Below, in pieces: positions 46,815 through 56,463 of a stretch of 57,853 nucleotides of DNA. A program made the translations under genes and the position numbers. This DNA comes from Smithellaceae bacterium (GTDB lineage Bacteria; Desulfobacterota; Syntrophia; Syntrophales; Smithellaceae), in NCBI GenBank assembly GCA_035416785.1, contig DAOLNX010000004.1, positions 1 through 57,853 of the forward strand, given 5' to 3'. The stretch's first letter is position 1, and every line of letters begins with the position of its first letter. The notes under the pieces are model-generated. The model had not been told where the DNA came from, searched no databases, and was given only the letters and a program-made list of their open reading frames with translations.

Positions 46815-47664
46815 GGATATCTTCTTCCTGAATTTTTTTGACTTTTACCTTTTTGATGTTGCGTTCTCCTGCATTTTCAATAGTTATATCCAAATTGTCA
46901 ATCTGAAAATTTTCTCCAGGATGGGGAATTCTGCGAAGGCTGTTTAAAATATATCCAGCCACGGTTTCAAACCTTCCCTTTTCCAGATGGACATCCAGCC
47001 GTTCTTCAATTTTTTCTATTTCAGCCCGGCCGTCCACGATAAAGGCTCCTTCGGCAGTTTGAAAAATTTCCTCAGAATCCGGGTTTTGTTCATATTCGTC
47101 CCGGATATCACCGACAATGGTTTCCAGCAAATCTTCCAAAGTGATCAGTCCGGATGTGCCTCCGTATTCATCAATCACAATGGCCATGTGCTTTTTATTA
47201 TTCTTGAATTCTTGAAACAGCAAAAAAGCGCTTTTCGTCTCAGGAATATAATAAGGCTTGGTGAGATGAGCGAGAATATCCGTATGCATTGCCGGCCTCA
47301 AGCATGATTTCAGCAGATCCTGAATATGAAAAATGCCAACAATATTGTCCACAGAACCTCGATATACAGGAATTCGTGAATAATGAGAACTGGAAAAGAC
47401 CGACATCATGTCTTCCAGGCTGTCCTCGCTGCTCACGGCAATGATATCGGTTCGGGGAATCATAATCTCCCGAACCAGAAGAGACGAAAATTCAAGAATA
47501 TTTTCAATCATTTTCCGTGATACATCCGCTAAAATTCCTTTCTTTTGCCCTTTAGCCAGCATCGAAACGAATTCTCGGAGATAATGCTCCTTGTCGCGCC
47601 AGAAAAAAAGATGCTTATGTTTGTCCGGTTCTTCACGCCCCACTTTCTTATGCTCCGTCTCCAC
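46804..47664 (-). CDS. corC: CBS-pair/CorC_HlyC domain protein (CorC/YbeX-like)
   Basis: 286 aa. 'VREIMIPRTDI', a CBS pair, and a C-terminal transporter-associated domain. GTG start. Overlaps lnt by 11 nt. Confidence 0.8.
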   Translation of the reverse strand: METEHKKVGREEPDKHKHLFFWRDKEHYLREFVSMLAKGQKKGILADVSRKMIENILEFSSLLVREIMIPRTDIIAVSSEDSLEDMMSVFSSSHYSRIPVYRGSVDNIVGIFHIQDLLKSCLRPAMHTDILAHLTKPYYIPETKSAFLLFQEFKNNKKHMAIVIDEYGGTSGLITLEDLLETIVGDIRDEYEQNPDSEEIFQTAEGAFIVDGRAEIEKIEERLDVHLEKGRFETVAGYILNSLRRIPHPGENFQIDNLDITIENAGERNIKKVKVKKIQEEDIHEK

Positions 47665-47754
47665 CTAGGGATTCTTTTTAAATTTTCTTAAACATGTGAA
47701 ACAGATTCTGTCAATCGCCCATTATTTGATATTGCAGATGTTCTTAATTATTTC

Positions 47755-47783
47755 TTGACACGTTTTTTTTTTGTTGTTATGAG
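47755..47783 (+). promoter_or_regulatory. candidate sigma70 promoter (TTGACA-17 nt-TATGAG)
   Basis: TTGACA at 47755-47760 and TATGAG at 47778-47783, about 100 nt upstream of the Cys-rich ORF. Confidence 0.3.
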
Positions 47784-47883
47784 ACGCCCGCTTGAACATG
47801 TGCGGCGTCTGTGGAAGTTTCCAGATTTCTTGTCTTTTTCCGCAATATGTCTAAATTTGATTTGCTATAAGGGGGGTTAGAAA

Positions 47884-48165
47884 ATGCTTTGTCAGACAGT
47901 GAAAAATGGCGTGGAATGCGCTTTTATGAGTAAGAAAGGTTGTACCTTCATCGGCAGCAGTTGTGCTCCCATCATTGATAAATGCATGGAATGCAACAAG
48001 GTATTCGAGTATGAATCCGGCAAGTACTGCAAAGTTTATCCCGATCCGAAAAGCAAGTGGATGAAAGGAAACTGTCCCACCGCGTCACACATTAAAATTG
48101 AAATCAAGGAAGCCCAAAAAATCAATCCGCTCAAGGCATCCAAGAGAGCCAGCAAAAAGAAGTAA
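47884..48165 (+). CDS. small cysteine-rich protein, PxxKW-type
   Basis: 93 aa with 9 Cys including 'CMECNK'. 'PDPKSKW' matches the PxxKW signature I recall for a Cys-rich family. Strong SD AAGGGGGG. Confidence 0.55.
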   Translation: MLCQTVKNGVECAFMSKKGCTFIGSSCAPIIDKCMECNKVFEYESGKYCKVYPDPKSKWMKGNCPTASHIKIEIKEAQKINPLKASKRASKKK

Positions 48166-48190
48166 TATTCAATTTGGTGTATCAATTAAA

Positions 48191-48218
48191 AAAGCCGACA
48201 ATGGAGATTGCCGGCTTT
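48191..48218 (-). terminator. bidirectional rho-independent terminator
   Basis: 12-bp stem with one mismatch (48191-48202 pairs with 48207-48218) and a GGAG loop. The minus strand follows with TTTTTT, just after the merR stop; the + strand has TTTCTT. Confidence 0.6.
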
Positions 48219-48219
48219 C

Positions 48220-48558
48220 TTAACCCATCATCTTTCGAATTTGCTGCAGTTCTTTCTTAATCAGAATCAGTTTTTCTTCTTGGTCTGATGGAGTTCGGGG
48301 TTGTTCCTCGCTTCGTGTTTTGAGAAGCTGCTGCTTCGCTCCACTGATGGTAAAGCGCTGTTCATAGAGCAGATTGCGAATGGTTAACAATTCCTCCACA
48401 TCTTTTTTCCGGTAAAGACGCTGATCCGTCTTGGTCCGTGACGGCTTGACGGTCTTGAACTCCGTTTCCCAGTATCGAATTACGTAGGGCTCAACATTGA
48501 GGATTTTACTGACTTCTCCAATCCGGAAGTAAGCTTTTTCGGGAATGATGATTTCCAT
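48220..48558 (-). CDS. MerR-family transcriptional regulator
   Basis: 'YFRIGEVSKILNVEPYVIRYWETEF' HTH. ATG 48558 is preferred over track start 48633. Confidence 0.75.
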   Translation of the reverse strand: MEIIIPEKAYFRIGEVSKILNVEPYVIRYWETEFKTVKPSRTKTDQRLYRKKDVEELLTIRNLLYEQRFTISGAKQQLLKTRSEEQPRTPSDQEEKLILIKKELQQIRKMMG

Positions 48559-48799
48559 ACAATTCCTGAATCCTGACGGAGAAATGTCAAAACCTCCTGA
48601 AACTGTAAATATGCGAAGTAAGAAAAAAATCAAGCTTCAGCGGATTTGCACAAGAAAAATTGAATCAACCATCGAAAAGTTCTTTTTCCCAACCATTTTC
48701 CATCCGAGAATCATCAGAATTCCCGGAATGAGAACCTTATGGATACCGACGCCTGGCGTGATATCCGAGTAAAAAATTATTCACAGGTTGATCGTAATT

Positions 48800-49075
48800 T
48801 TAACCGTTTAAGGATTTACGTAATACCTGAGAAGATTTAAACGTTAAAACCCGGCGTGCAGTAATGGATATCTCTTCTCCGGTTTGCGGATTTCGACCTC
48901 GCCGGGAACGTTTCTCCTTTACAACAAAATTCCCAAATCCTGAAATTTTCACTTTTTCACCTTGAGCGAGACTGTCTTTAATGATATCGAATACCGCTTC
49001 CACAATATCCGCCGATTCTTTCTTTGAAAATCCGAGTTTTCCGTAAACATTTTGAATAATGTCAATCTTTGTCAT
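48800..49075 (-). CDS. ihfA: integration host factor subunit alpha (HU/IHF family)
   Basis: 91 aa. 'GFGNFVVKEKRSRRGRNPQTGEEISITARRVLTF'. Located downstream of pheT, as in E. coli. Confidence 0.8.
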   Translation of the reverse strand: MTKIDIIQNVYGKLGFSKKESADIVEAVFDIIKDSLAQGEKVKISGFGNFVVKEKRSRRGRNPQTGEEISITARRVLTFKSSQVLRKSLNG

Positions 49076-49106
49076 TTTTAATCCTCCATTCAGAACGTCT
49101 TGTCTG

Positions 49107-51515
49107 TTAAGCCCTAATTTTTGCCGATGTCAATCGAACCGTATTGTTCACAATGATTTCATGGATATTGTTGATTTCCGTATCCGTCAGCGTCCTGTCC
49201 TGGGCTCGATAAGAAAATCTTAATCCCAAGCTTTTCGTGCCCTCTTCAAGGCTTTTTCCGGCGTATATATCAAATATTTCCACATTTTCAAGCAATTCTT
49301 CTTTTTGCTGCAAGACAATGTCCAGCATTTGCCGGGCTTCCATATCTGCGGAAATCAAAAAAGCAACATCGCGGGTTACGGCAGGAAATTTTGAGATATC
49401 CCGGTAGCAAACCGGTTGGTTCATGATCTGATTCACCAGAAGATCAAGATTAATTTCAAATAAATACGCACTGGCTTTGATATCCATTTTTTTCATGGTT
49501 TCCGGGTGAACCTGTCCCAGATAGCCAACGCATACCTCACGAACAAACAGGCCGCAAGATTGACCGGGATGCAAAAAAGGCTCTGCATTCTCCATTCGCT
49601 GGCAGCGCTGATCAATTTTCAAATCGTAAAAAATGTTTTCTACACAGCCTTTAAGATCGTAAAAATCAACAGGAATCTTAGCGCCCCAGAAATCCTCAGA
49701 TATTTTTCCCGACAACAGTCCAGCCAGAATATTTTCTTCTTTCGGCAGTTCGCCAGAATTTCGCTTGAAAAAGATTCTTCCTATTTCAAATATTTTTAAA
49801 TTTGCTGAAGCATTATTAATGTTTTTCTTTAAGGTTTCTAAGAGGCCATAGGCCAGAGTTGTTCTCATTACGGATTGTTCTTCGGTGAGAGGATTTCGGA
49901 TGACCACAAAATTTCGCCGCTTCTCATCCGGCGGCAGGCACAGGAAGTCAGCGCACTGGGCCGTTGTGAAACTGTAATTGATAATTTCTGAATAGCCGCT
50001 GCCGGTCAGTAATTGTCGAACTCTTTCCTCCAATGTCAGACGCGGATTCGGTGCCATCTCCGTTACAGAAAGAGAGGGCATGGTTGCCGGAACATGATGA
50101 TAGCCGGACAGACGCACCACTTCTTCGATCAGGTCAATTTCCCGGCTGATATCGACACGGTAACCAGGAGGCGTCACATAATAACAATCTCCTTTTTGAT
50201 GCACGGCCATGCCGATACTTTTTAAAATGTTCAGCGCGTCCCTCCCGGATAAGGTTATGCCTGCTATTTGTCTGATTCTGTCCAAGCGCAAGGGAATATC
50301 ACGAATGGTGTCAATGACTTTCGGATAAGCGTCGAGTCGATTTTTGCAGACCGAACCTCCTGACAAATCGGCAATCAACTGGGCTGCGCGATCCAGCGCG
50401 AGAAGAACACCGTCAGGATCAATGCCTCTTTCAAAACGAAAAGCCGCATCCGTAGGCATAGCCAGGCGGCGCGAAGAGCGTCGGATCGAGGAAGGATTAA
50501 AATATGCGCTCTCCAAAAATATTGTTTCTGTATCCTCTTTGACTTCCGAATTCAGACCGCCCATAATTCCGGCGATGGCCACAGGCTTTTTGCCGTCACA
50601 TATCAGCAGGGTTCCTTCCGGAAGAATGCGACTTTTTTCGTCAAGTGACACGAATTCTTCGCCTGTTGTTGATTTGCGTACAACAATTCTTCCCTCTTCC
50701 AGAAAACGAAAATCAAAAGCATGCAGAGGCTGTCCCAGTTCCAGCATCACGAAGTTGGTTATGTCCACAACATTGTTGATGGCTCGCAAACCGGCTGCTT
50801 CCAGACGAGATTTCAACCATGCCGGAGAATGTCCAATTTTTACATTTTTGATCATTCGCGCCGAATATCGGGGGCAAAGATCATCGTCCAGGATTGTAAT
50901 CGAAGAAAGCGCAGAAATATCTTCATCCGATTCTTGAAGATTTACCCAGGGGAGGTTAATTTTTTTTCCGGTTAAAGCGGAAACTTCACGGGCAATGCCG
51001 ATCATACTCAGGCAATCCGCGCGATTTGGAGTAATGCTTACATCGAGAACTTCATCTCCCAGATTCAGTGCGATTTCCAGAGACTGTCCCAGTGGCAAGT
51101 CGGTCGGCAATTGGAGAATTCCTGATTCATCATCGCCGATTTCCAGTTCCGCTTCCGAACAGAGCATGCCGTCGGATTTTTCTCCACGCAATACGGTGGA
51201 TTTAATCGTATATCCACCGGGAAGAGAAGCGCCAACTTTGGCCAGAGGCACAACATTACCCGCTTGAATATTCTTGGCTCCACAGACTACCGGATATGTT
51301 TTTTCACCGTCCGTCACATCACACAGAGAAAGCTTGTCTGCTTTCGGATGCTCTCGGACAGAAAGGATCTTTGCAACAACAACTCCGGAAAAATTATGGG
51401 AGATCTTTTTAATTTCATCAACTTCCAGACCGGCCATGGTTAAACGTCCAGCTAGGTCCTGTGCCGTTTTATCAAAATCAATATAATCTTTAAGCCACTT
51501 GAGACTGACGAGCAT
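49107..51515 (-). CDS. pheT: phenylalanine--tRNA ligase subunit beta
   Basis: 802 aa. 'MLVSLKWLKDYI', tRNA-binding, B3/4 and B5 domains, and a C-terminal anticodon-binding domain. Confidence 0.95.
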   Translation of the reverse strand: MLVSLKWLKDYIDFDKTAQDLAGRLTMAGLEVDEIKKISHNFSGVVVAKILSVREHPKADKLSLCDVTDGEKTYPVVCGAKNIQAGNVVPLAKVGASLPGGYTIKSTVLRGEKSDGMLCSEAELEIGDDESGILQLPTDLPLGQSLEIALNLGDEVLDVSITPNRADCLSMIGIAREVSALTGKKINLPWVNLQESDEDISALSSITILDDDLCPRYSARMIKNVKIGHSPAWLKSRLEAAGLRAINNVVDITNFVMLELGQPLHAFDFRFLEEGRIVVRKSTTGEEFVSLDEKSRILPEGTLLICDGKKPVAIAGIMGGLNSEVKEDTETIFLESAYFNPSSIRRSSRRLAMPTDAAFRFERGIDPDGVLLALDRAAQLIADLSGGSVCKNRLDAYPKVIDTIRDIPLRLDRIRQIAGITLSGRDALNILKSIGMAVHQKGDCYYVTPPGYRVDISREIDLIEEVVRLSGYHHVPATMPSLSVTEMAPNPRLTLEERVRQLLTGSGYSEIINYSFTTAQCADFLCLPPDEKRRNFVVIRNPLTEEQSVMRTTLAYGLLETLKKNINNASANLKIFEIGRIFFKRNSGELPKEENILAGLLSGKISEDFWGAKIPVDFYDLKGCVENIFYDLKIDQRCQRMENAEPFLHPGQSCGLFVREVCVGYLGQVHPETMKKMDIKASAYLFEINLDLLVNQIMNQPVCYRDISKFPAVTRDVAFLISADMEARQMLDIVLQQKEELLENVEIFDIYAGKSLEEGTKSLGLRFSYRAQDRTLTDTEINNIHEIIVNNTVRLTSAKIRA

Positions 51516-51529
51516 GAAACCGGGATCTC

Positions 51530-52546
51530 CTAAAATTGTTTAAGGAATCGGATATCGTTTTCAAATAAAAGGCGTATATCGGAAATGCCATATTTCAGCA
51601 TGGCAATACGTTCCAGACCCAAGCCAAAAGCAAATCCGGTATAGACTTCCGCATCGTATCCGACATTTTGAAAAACAGCGGGATCAACCATGCCCGCTCC
51701 CAAAATTTCCAGCCAGCCACTCTGGCCACAGACACGGCAGCCTTGCCCCTGGCACATTCCGCAACGAATATCAACTTCTGCAGAAGGCTCGGTAAACGGG
51801 AAAAAGCTTGGACGGAAGCGCAAAACCGTATCATCACCGAAGACCTTTTTAAGAAAAGCGGTTAAAATGCCTTTCAAATCACCAAAACTGACCCCCTGGT
51901 CCACCAGCAGACCTTCAATTTGATGAAACATCGGTGTATGAGATACATCGGAATCCGGCCGGTAAACCCTCCCCGGCGATAATATACGCACGGGCGGGCG
52001 GACTTTTTCCATAATCCTGACCTGAACAGGTGAGGTATGGGTTCGCAAAACCATATTATCCTCAATATAGAAGGTATCCTGCATATCCCTTGCAGGATGA
52101 TCCTTGGGCATATTGAGGGCTTCAAAGTTGTAGTAATCCAGTTCGACTTCCGGACCTTCAACAACTGAGAAACCGAACGACGAGAAGATATTACAAATTT
52201 CTCGGCGGATTTGTGTAACCGGATGAATTCTGCCTGGCCGTATGCTCCGGCCGGGTATAGTCACATCTATCGTTTGTTCCGCCAGCGCTTTACGTTCACT
52301 GATTCGGTTTTGATTTTGAATGGCTTCTTCGATTTTCTCTTCCAGAAGCACTTTTACTTCATTACAGCGCTTGCCGAAGAGAGGTTTTTCTTCAACCGGA
52401 ACTTGAGAAATGTTTCTCAACATACCGGTAAGCAATCCTTTTCGCCCCAGATACTTTGTTTTTACAGCCTGAATCGCTTCTTCGGACTTTGCTGATGACA
52501 GCGCGTCCAAAGCATCGTTTTCCAGTTGCTGAAGATCCGCTATCAT
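51530..52546 (-). CDS. pheS: phenylalanine--tRNA ligase subunit alpha
   Basis: 338 aa. '[11 protein letters not shown]', '[16 protein letters not shown]', '[14 protein letters not shown]'. Confidence 0.95.
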   Translation of the reverse strand: MIADLQQLENDALDALSSAKSEEAIQAVKTKYLGRKGLLTGMLRNISQVPVEEKPLFGKRCNEVKVLLEEKIEEAIQNQNRISERKALAEQTIDVTIPGRSIRPGRIHPVTQIRREICNIFSSFGFSVVEGPEVELDYYNFEALNMPKDHPARDMQDTFYIEDNMVLRTHTSPVQVRIMEKVRPPVRILSPGRVYRPDSDVSHTPMFHQIEGLLVDQGVSFGDLKGILTAFLKKVFGDDTVLRFRPSFFPFTEPSAEVDIRCGMCQGQGCRVCGQSGWLEILGAGMVDPAVFQNVGYDAEVYTGFAFGLGLERIAMLKYGISDIRLLFENDIRFLKQF

Positions 52547-52902
52547 GCCGCCTGCTCGCCTTTGGCCGTCTCCACGATTCTGGTAAACCCTTGAGGGTCA
52601 TTCACGGCCAGTTCGGCCAATATCTTTCGATCCAGGGCAATGTTTGATTTCTTCAGGGCATTTATAAGACGGCTATAAGAGATATTGTTTAAACGGGCGG
52701 CGGCGTTAATGCGCGCTATCCAGAGTTGACGAAAATCTCTCTTGCGTCTTCTGCGGTCGCGATAGGCATAGCATATCGCCTTATTGACGGCTTCTGTGGC
52801 TGTCCGCAACAGTCTGCTGCGAGCGCCAAAAAATCCTTTAGCTCTTTTCAAAATTGATCTTCTTTTTTTTCGGGCGGTGACGCTTCTTTTGATCCTTGCC
52901 AT
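52543..52902 (-). CDS. rplT: 50S ribosomal protein L20
   Basis: 119 aa. '[15 protein letters not shown]...[22 protein letters not shown]'. Confidence 0.95.
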   Translation of the reverse strand: MARIKRSVTARKKRRSILKRAKGFFGARSRLLRTATEAVNKAICYAYRDRRRRKRDFRQLWIARINAAARLNNISYSRLINALKKSNIALDRKILAELAVNDPQGFTRIVETAKGEQAA

Positions 52903-52952
52903 TTTCTTTGAGTCTCCTCGATTTCATGCAACTTACATGGTTTTTTTATGAA

Positions 52953-53150
52953 CTATAAATAAGGAATCAGCCGTTTGATGGCGCTTTCGTTGGTATTGTG
53001 CACCAAAGTGGATTTCCTCAAGTTTCTCTTTCTTTTCGTGGTTTTCTTGGTGAGGATGTGGCTGGCAAAAGCTTTGCTGCGCTTTACCTTGCCGGTGCCG
53101 GTAACCGAAAAACGTTTGGCGGCTCCTCTGTGTGTTTTCATTTTTGGCAT
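52953..53150 (-). CDS. rpmI: 50S ribosomal protein L35
   Basis: '[14 protein letters not shown]' begins at ATG 53150. Track start 53201 is judged too early. Confidence 0.9.
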   Translation of the reverse strand: MPKMKTHRGAAKRFSVTGTGKVKRSKAFASHILTKKTTKRKRNLRKSTLVHNTNESAIKRLIPYL

Positions 53151-53181
53151 AATTTTCACCTCATTATTTATTCTGACAACT

Positions 53182-53691
53182 CTATTTTTTAGGCGACACA
53201 ATCATAATCATGTTTCGGCCTTCCATTCGTGGTTCCTGATCCAGAATGCAGACATCGACTAACTCCGTTTTAATTTTATCCATCAGTTTTCGTCCGATTT
53301 CCGTGAAAGCTATTTCACGCCCCCGGAACATCATTGAGATTTTGACCTTGTCTTTCTGCTCTAAAAATTTTTTTATATGATTAATTTTCACCTGCAAATC
53401 ATGAGCTTCCGTTTTGGGACGCAAACGGATTTCCTTGACATGAATCACCGTCTGGCTTTTTCTAGCGTCATGGATTTTTTTATTTTGTTTATAACGGTAC
53501 TTTCCGTAATCCATGATTTTACAGACGGGCGGTTCGGCATTGGCAGATACTTCCACGAGATCCAATCCGGATCGCTCTGCATGTATAATCGCTTCATCCA
53601 GAGAAATAACGCCCAGCGGTTGTCCTTCATCGCTGATGACTCTGACGGTTGCTGATTTTATTTCCCGGTTAATTTTTAAATCCTTAGTTAT
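53182..53691 (-). CDS. infC: translation initiation factor IF-3 (non-canonical ATA start)
   Basis: The IF-3 sequence '(I)[48 protein letters not shown]...' continues upstream of the track start. The in-frame stretch back to a TGA holds no ATG, GTG or TTG. GGAGG (53702-53698) lies 6 nt before ATA 53691. Confidence 0.85.
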   Translation of the reverse strand: MTKDLKINREIKSATVRVISDEGQPLGVISLDEAIIHAERSGLDLVEVSANAEPPVCKIMDYGKYRYKQNKKIHDARKSQTVIHVKEIRLRPKTEAHDLQVKINHIKKFLEQKDKVKISMMFRGREIAFTEIGRKLMDKIKTELVDVCILDQEPRMEGRNMIMIVSPKK

Positions 53692-53727
53692 AGGACACCT
53701 CCTGCAATTTCTTGAATCTCAAGAATC

Positions 53728-55641
53728 CTACTGTTTCTTCTCGCAATTTTCCCTCACCAGATCCATAAACTGTTCAACCGGTAAGGCGCCCAAATTTCTT
53801 CCATCACGAACGCGTGGTGCAACCGTTCCGGCTTCCATTTCCTTGTCGCCAATGACCAGCATGTATGGAATTTTTTGCATCTGCGCCTGACGGATTTTAT
53901 ATCCGAGCTTCTCATTGTCAAAATATTTTTCGCAGCGGATACCCGCGTTTGAAAGTCTTTCATAAACTGTTTGTGCGTAAGGAATATGCTTGTCCGTCAC
54001 CGTAAGCAAAACGCACTGAACAGGTGAAAGCCATACCGGGAATGCACCGGCATAATGTTCAATGAGAACTCCCATAAAACGTTCAATCGCACCCAGAATG
54101 ACCCGATGCAGCATGACTGGTCGATGTTTTTCTCCGTCTGCTCCGATATAGTTTAAATCGAATCGTTCCGGCAAAGTAAAATCGCATTGAATCGTAGCGC
54201 ACTGCCATTTTCTTTTCAAGGCATCCTTGAGCTTAAAATCGATCTTCGGCCCATAAAAAGCGCCGTCTCCTGCATTTACCTCATAGTTGATCCGGTTGTC
54301 TTGCAATGCGTTTTCGAGAGCGGTAGTGGCCAGATTCCAATCCTCGTCAGAACCGATGGAGTGTTCTGGCCTTGTGCTCAATTCCACTTCATATTCAAAA
54401 CCGAAAATGCCCATTGCGTAATTGACAAAATCGGCAATGGCACGGATTTCGGAGTTCAACTGCTCCGGCATGCAGAGAATATGTGCATCATCCTGAGTAA
54501 ACTGGCGAACACGCATCAATCCATGCAGGACGCCGGTCTTCTCATGACGATGGACGGTACCCAACTCAAAGTACCGCAAAGGCAGGTCGCGGTAACTGCG
54601 AATTTTTGATTTATAAATCAGCATATGAGACAAACAATTCATCGGCTTGATGCCGTACGTCTGTTCGTCGACTTCAGTGAAATACATATTATCGCGGTAA
54701 TGATCAAAATGGCCGGATTTTTTCCAGAGATCAACTTTCAGAATCTGTGGCCCCATCACCATGTCATAACCACGTTTCAGATGCTCCTTTTTCTCCCAGT
54801 CCTCAATCAGATAGCGCAGCAACATGCCTTTGGGATGAAAGATGACCAGCCCCGCTCCGGCCTCATCATTGACCTGAAACAAATCTAGCTCTCTGCCTAG
54901 ACGCCGGTGGTCTCGTTTTTTGGCTTCCTCCAGAAGGTTCAGATAGTCTGCAAGAGACTGTTCATCGGCAAACCCGGTGCCATAAATGCGCTGGAGCATT
55001 TTATTTTTTTCGTCACCACGCCAGTAGGCGCCTGCCACACTCAAAAGTTTGAAGGCCTTGATCTTGCTCGTTGACGGAATGTGGGGTCCACGACATAAAT
55101 CGATATAATCGCCGTCCTGATAAATGCTGACGTTTAACACATCCGCGGGAAGATCAGAAATCAGTTCAACCTTGTAATCTTCTCCTCTTTGGGCAAACAG
55201 CTTTATGGCTTCTTCCCGGGGCATTTCTTTTCGGATAAACAAATATTCGGCTGCGACAATTTCCTTCATCCGCTTTTCAATTTTCTCCAAATCCTCAAGC
55301 GTGAAGGTTTCCGCATAATCAAAATCATAGTAAAATCCGTCTTCAATGGACGGTCCAATGGTCACTTTCGCCCCTGAAAACACATCCTGAACGGCCTGAG
55401 CCATAACATGCGATGTACTGTGGCGTAAAATGGCCAATCCTTCTTTCGAAGAGATTTCAATCGGTTCGAGGGTGCAATCTTCTTTCAGAAGAAAACTCAA
55501 ATCGACATTGGCTCCATTAACTTTTGCAGCAATCGCGGAATCCAAGACGTCCTTTTTCCAACCCAAAAGAGCCGCTCCCGCGGTTACGCCTACAGTCAGC
55601 TGTTGTTCGCTTTTATCTGGAAAAATTACTTTTATGCTCAT
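53728..55641 (-). CDS. thrS: threonine--tRNA ligase
   Basis: 637 aa. TGS domain, editing-domain '[10 protein letters not shown]', class II motifs '[18 protein letters not shown]' and 'FYGPKIDF'. Confidence 0.95.
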   Translation of the reverse strand: MSIKVIFPDKSEQQLTVGVTAGAALLGWKKDVLDSAIAAKVNGANVDLSFLLKEDCTLEPIEISSKEGLAILRHSTSHVMAQAVQDVFSGAKVTIGPSIEDGFYYDFDYAETFTLEDLEKIEKRMKEIVAAEYLFIRKEMPREEAIKLFAQRGEDYKVELISDLPADVLNVSIYQDGDYIDLCRGPHIPSTSKIKAFKLLSVAGAYWRGDEKNKMLQRIYGTGFADEQSLADYLNLLEEAKKRDHRRLGRELDLFQVNDEAGAGLVIFHPKGMLLRYLIEDWEKKEHLKRGYDMVMGPQILKVDLWKKSGHFDHYRDNMYFTEVDEQTYGIKPMNCLSHMLIYKSKIRSYRDLPLRYFELGTVHRHEKTGVLHGLMRVRQFTQDDAHILCMPEQLNSEIRAIADFVNYAMGIFGFEYEVELSTRPEHSIGSDEDWNLATTALENALQDNRINYEVNAGDGAFYGPKIDFKLKDALKRKWQCATIQCDFTLPERFDLNYIGADGEKHRPVMLHRVILGAIERFMGVLIEHYAGAFPVWLSPVQCVLLTVTDKHIPYAQTVYERLSNAGIRCEKYFDNEKLGYKIRQAQMQKIPYMLVIGDKEMEAGTVAPRVRDGRNLGALPVEQFMDLVRENCEKKQ

Positions 55642-55680
55642 TTTGAACCTGATTGTTCACTTCTTGTTTTAACTCATTTT

Positions 55681-55713
55681 AAAAGGGCATCACCATTTTG
55701 CTGATGCCCTTTT
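55681..55713 (-). terminator. stem-loop between tRNA-Val and thrS (terminator/attenuator-like)
   Basis: Perfect 12-bp stem AAAAGGGCATCA / TGATGCCCTTTT with a 9-nt loop. The minus strand follows with a 4-U run (part of the stem), then AAAA. Confidence 0.45.
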
Positions 55714-55753
55714 CTTTGTCGAAATTAACGGCATGTGCGCGTTCATTTATTAA

Positions 55754-55828
55754 TGGTAGGCAAGCAGGGATTTGAACCCTGGACATCCACCGCGTCAGGA
55801 TGGCGCTCTCCCCCTGAGCTACTTGCCT
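55754..55828 (-). tRNA. tRNA-Val (anticodon GAC), CCA encoded
   Basis: The minus strand reads AGGCAAG-UA-GCUC-AGGGGGA-GAGC-G-CCAUC-CUGACGC-GGUGG-AUGUC-CAGGG-UUCAAAU-CCCUG-CUUGCCU-A-CCA. It folds into a full cloverleaf with a 7-bp acceptor stem. Confidence 0.9.
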
Positions 55829-55888
55829 GTATTTGCCTTTCAGCGCAGCTTCCCTAGCAGGAAAACACAGCTGTGTCAAGCAAATATC

Positions 55889-56446
55889 TTACTTTTTCAT
55901 TTCCGACGAAGCTGAATTATTGAGAATCCGTACCCCGCGCACAATATAAACACAGCCGGAAATGACGGTAAACCCGGCCGTGGCCCAGCAAAGGCTGATA
56001 ATCCATATATAGCTAAAATCATGGGTAAATGTTTTATAAAGCAGTGCAAGGAAAATGGTCGCCACCTGCAAGGCCGTGGTGATCTTGCTGACCAGCGCCG
56101 GCTTGATCTCATAGGGAATCGACATCAATGTCAGAATTGCGATGCCCAGCAAAATAATGCAATCCCGGCTAATGACAATAACTGCTAGCCAGCCCGGGAT
56201 AAGGCCATAAATGGCCAGAGTGACAAAACTCGTGACCAGTAACAATTTATCCGCAATAGGATCAAGATAAGCTCCCAGGGTTGTCTGGCAATTCAACACA
56301 CGTGCAAACGTTCCATCCAGGGCATCGGTCAAACCGGCCACCATAAACGTGATTAATGCCTTGTCATATTCCGACTGAATCAGGAAAATCACAAAAACTG
56401 GAACGAGGATGATTCTCAAGAGTGATAAAAAATTGGGAATGTTCAT
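55889..56446 (-). CDS. pgsA: CDP-diacylglycerol--glycerol-3-phosphate 3-phosphatidyltransferase
   Basis: 185 aa. 'NIPNFLSLLRI' and the CDP-alcohol phosphatidyltransferase motif 'DALDGTFARVLNCQTTLGAYLDPIADK'. Confidence 0.85.
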   Translation of the reverse strand: MNIPNFLSLLRIILVPVFVIFLIQSEYDKALITFMVAGLTDALDGTFARVLNCQTTLGAYLDPIADKLLLVTSFVTLAIYGLIPGWLAVIVISRDCIILLGIAILTLMSIPYEIKPALVSKITTALQVATIFLALLYKTFTHDFSYIWIISLCWATAGFTVISGCVYIVRGVRILNNSASSEMKK

Positions 56447-56463
56447 GAAAATTTTTTAAATCC

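Noticed and set aside
48545-48772. A 75-aa + strand ORF in the ihfA-merR spacer.
   Set aside because: It overlaps the merR start, has no SD and no recognisable motif, and is oriented against the surrounding operon.
53565-53565. The ORF-track start (TTG) for IF-3, giving a 127-aa protein.
   Set aside because: This codon encodes the Leu of the conserved 'GLDLVEVS' segment. The IF-3 N-terminal domain continues upstream in the same frame.
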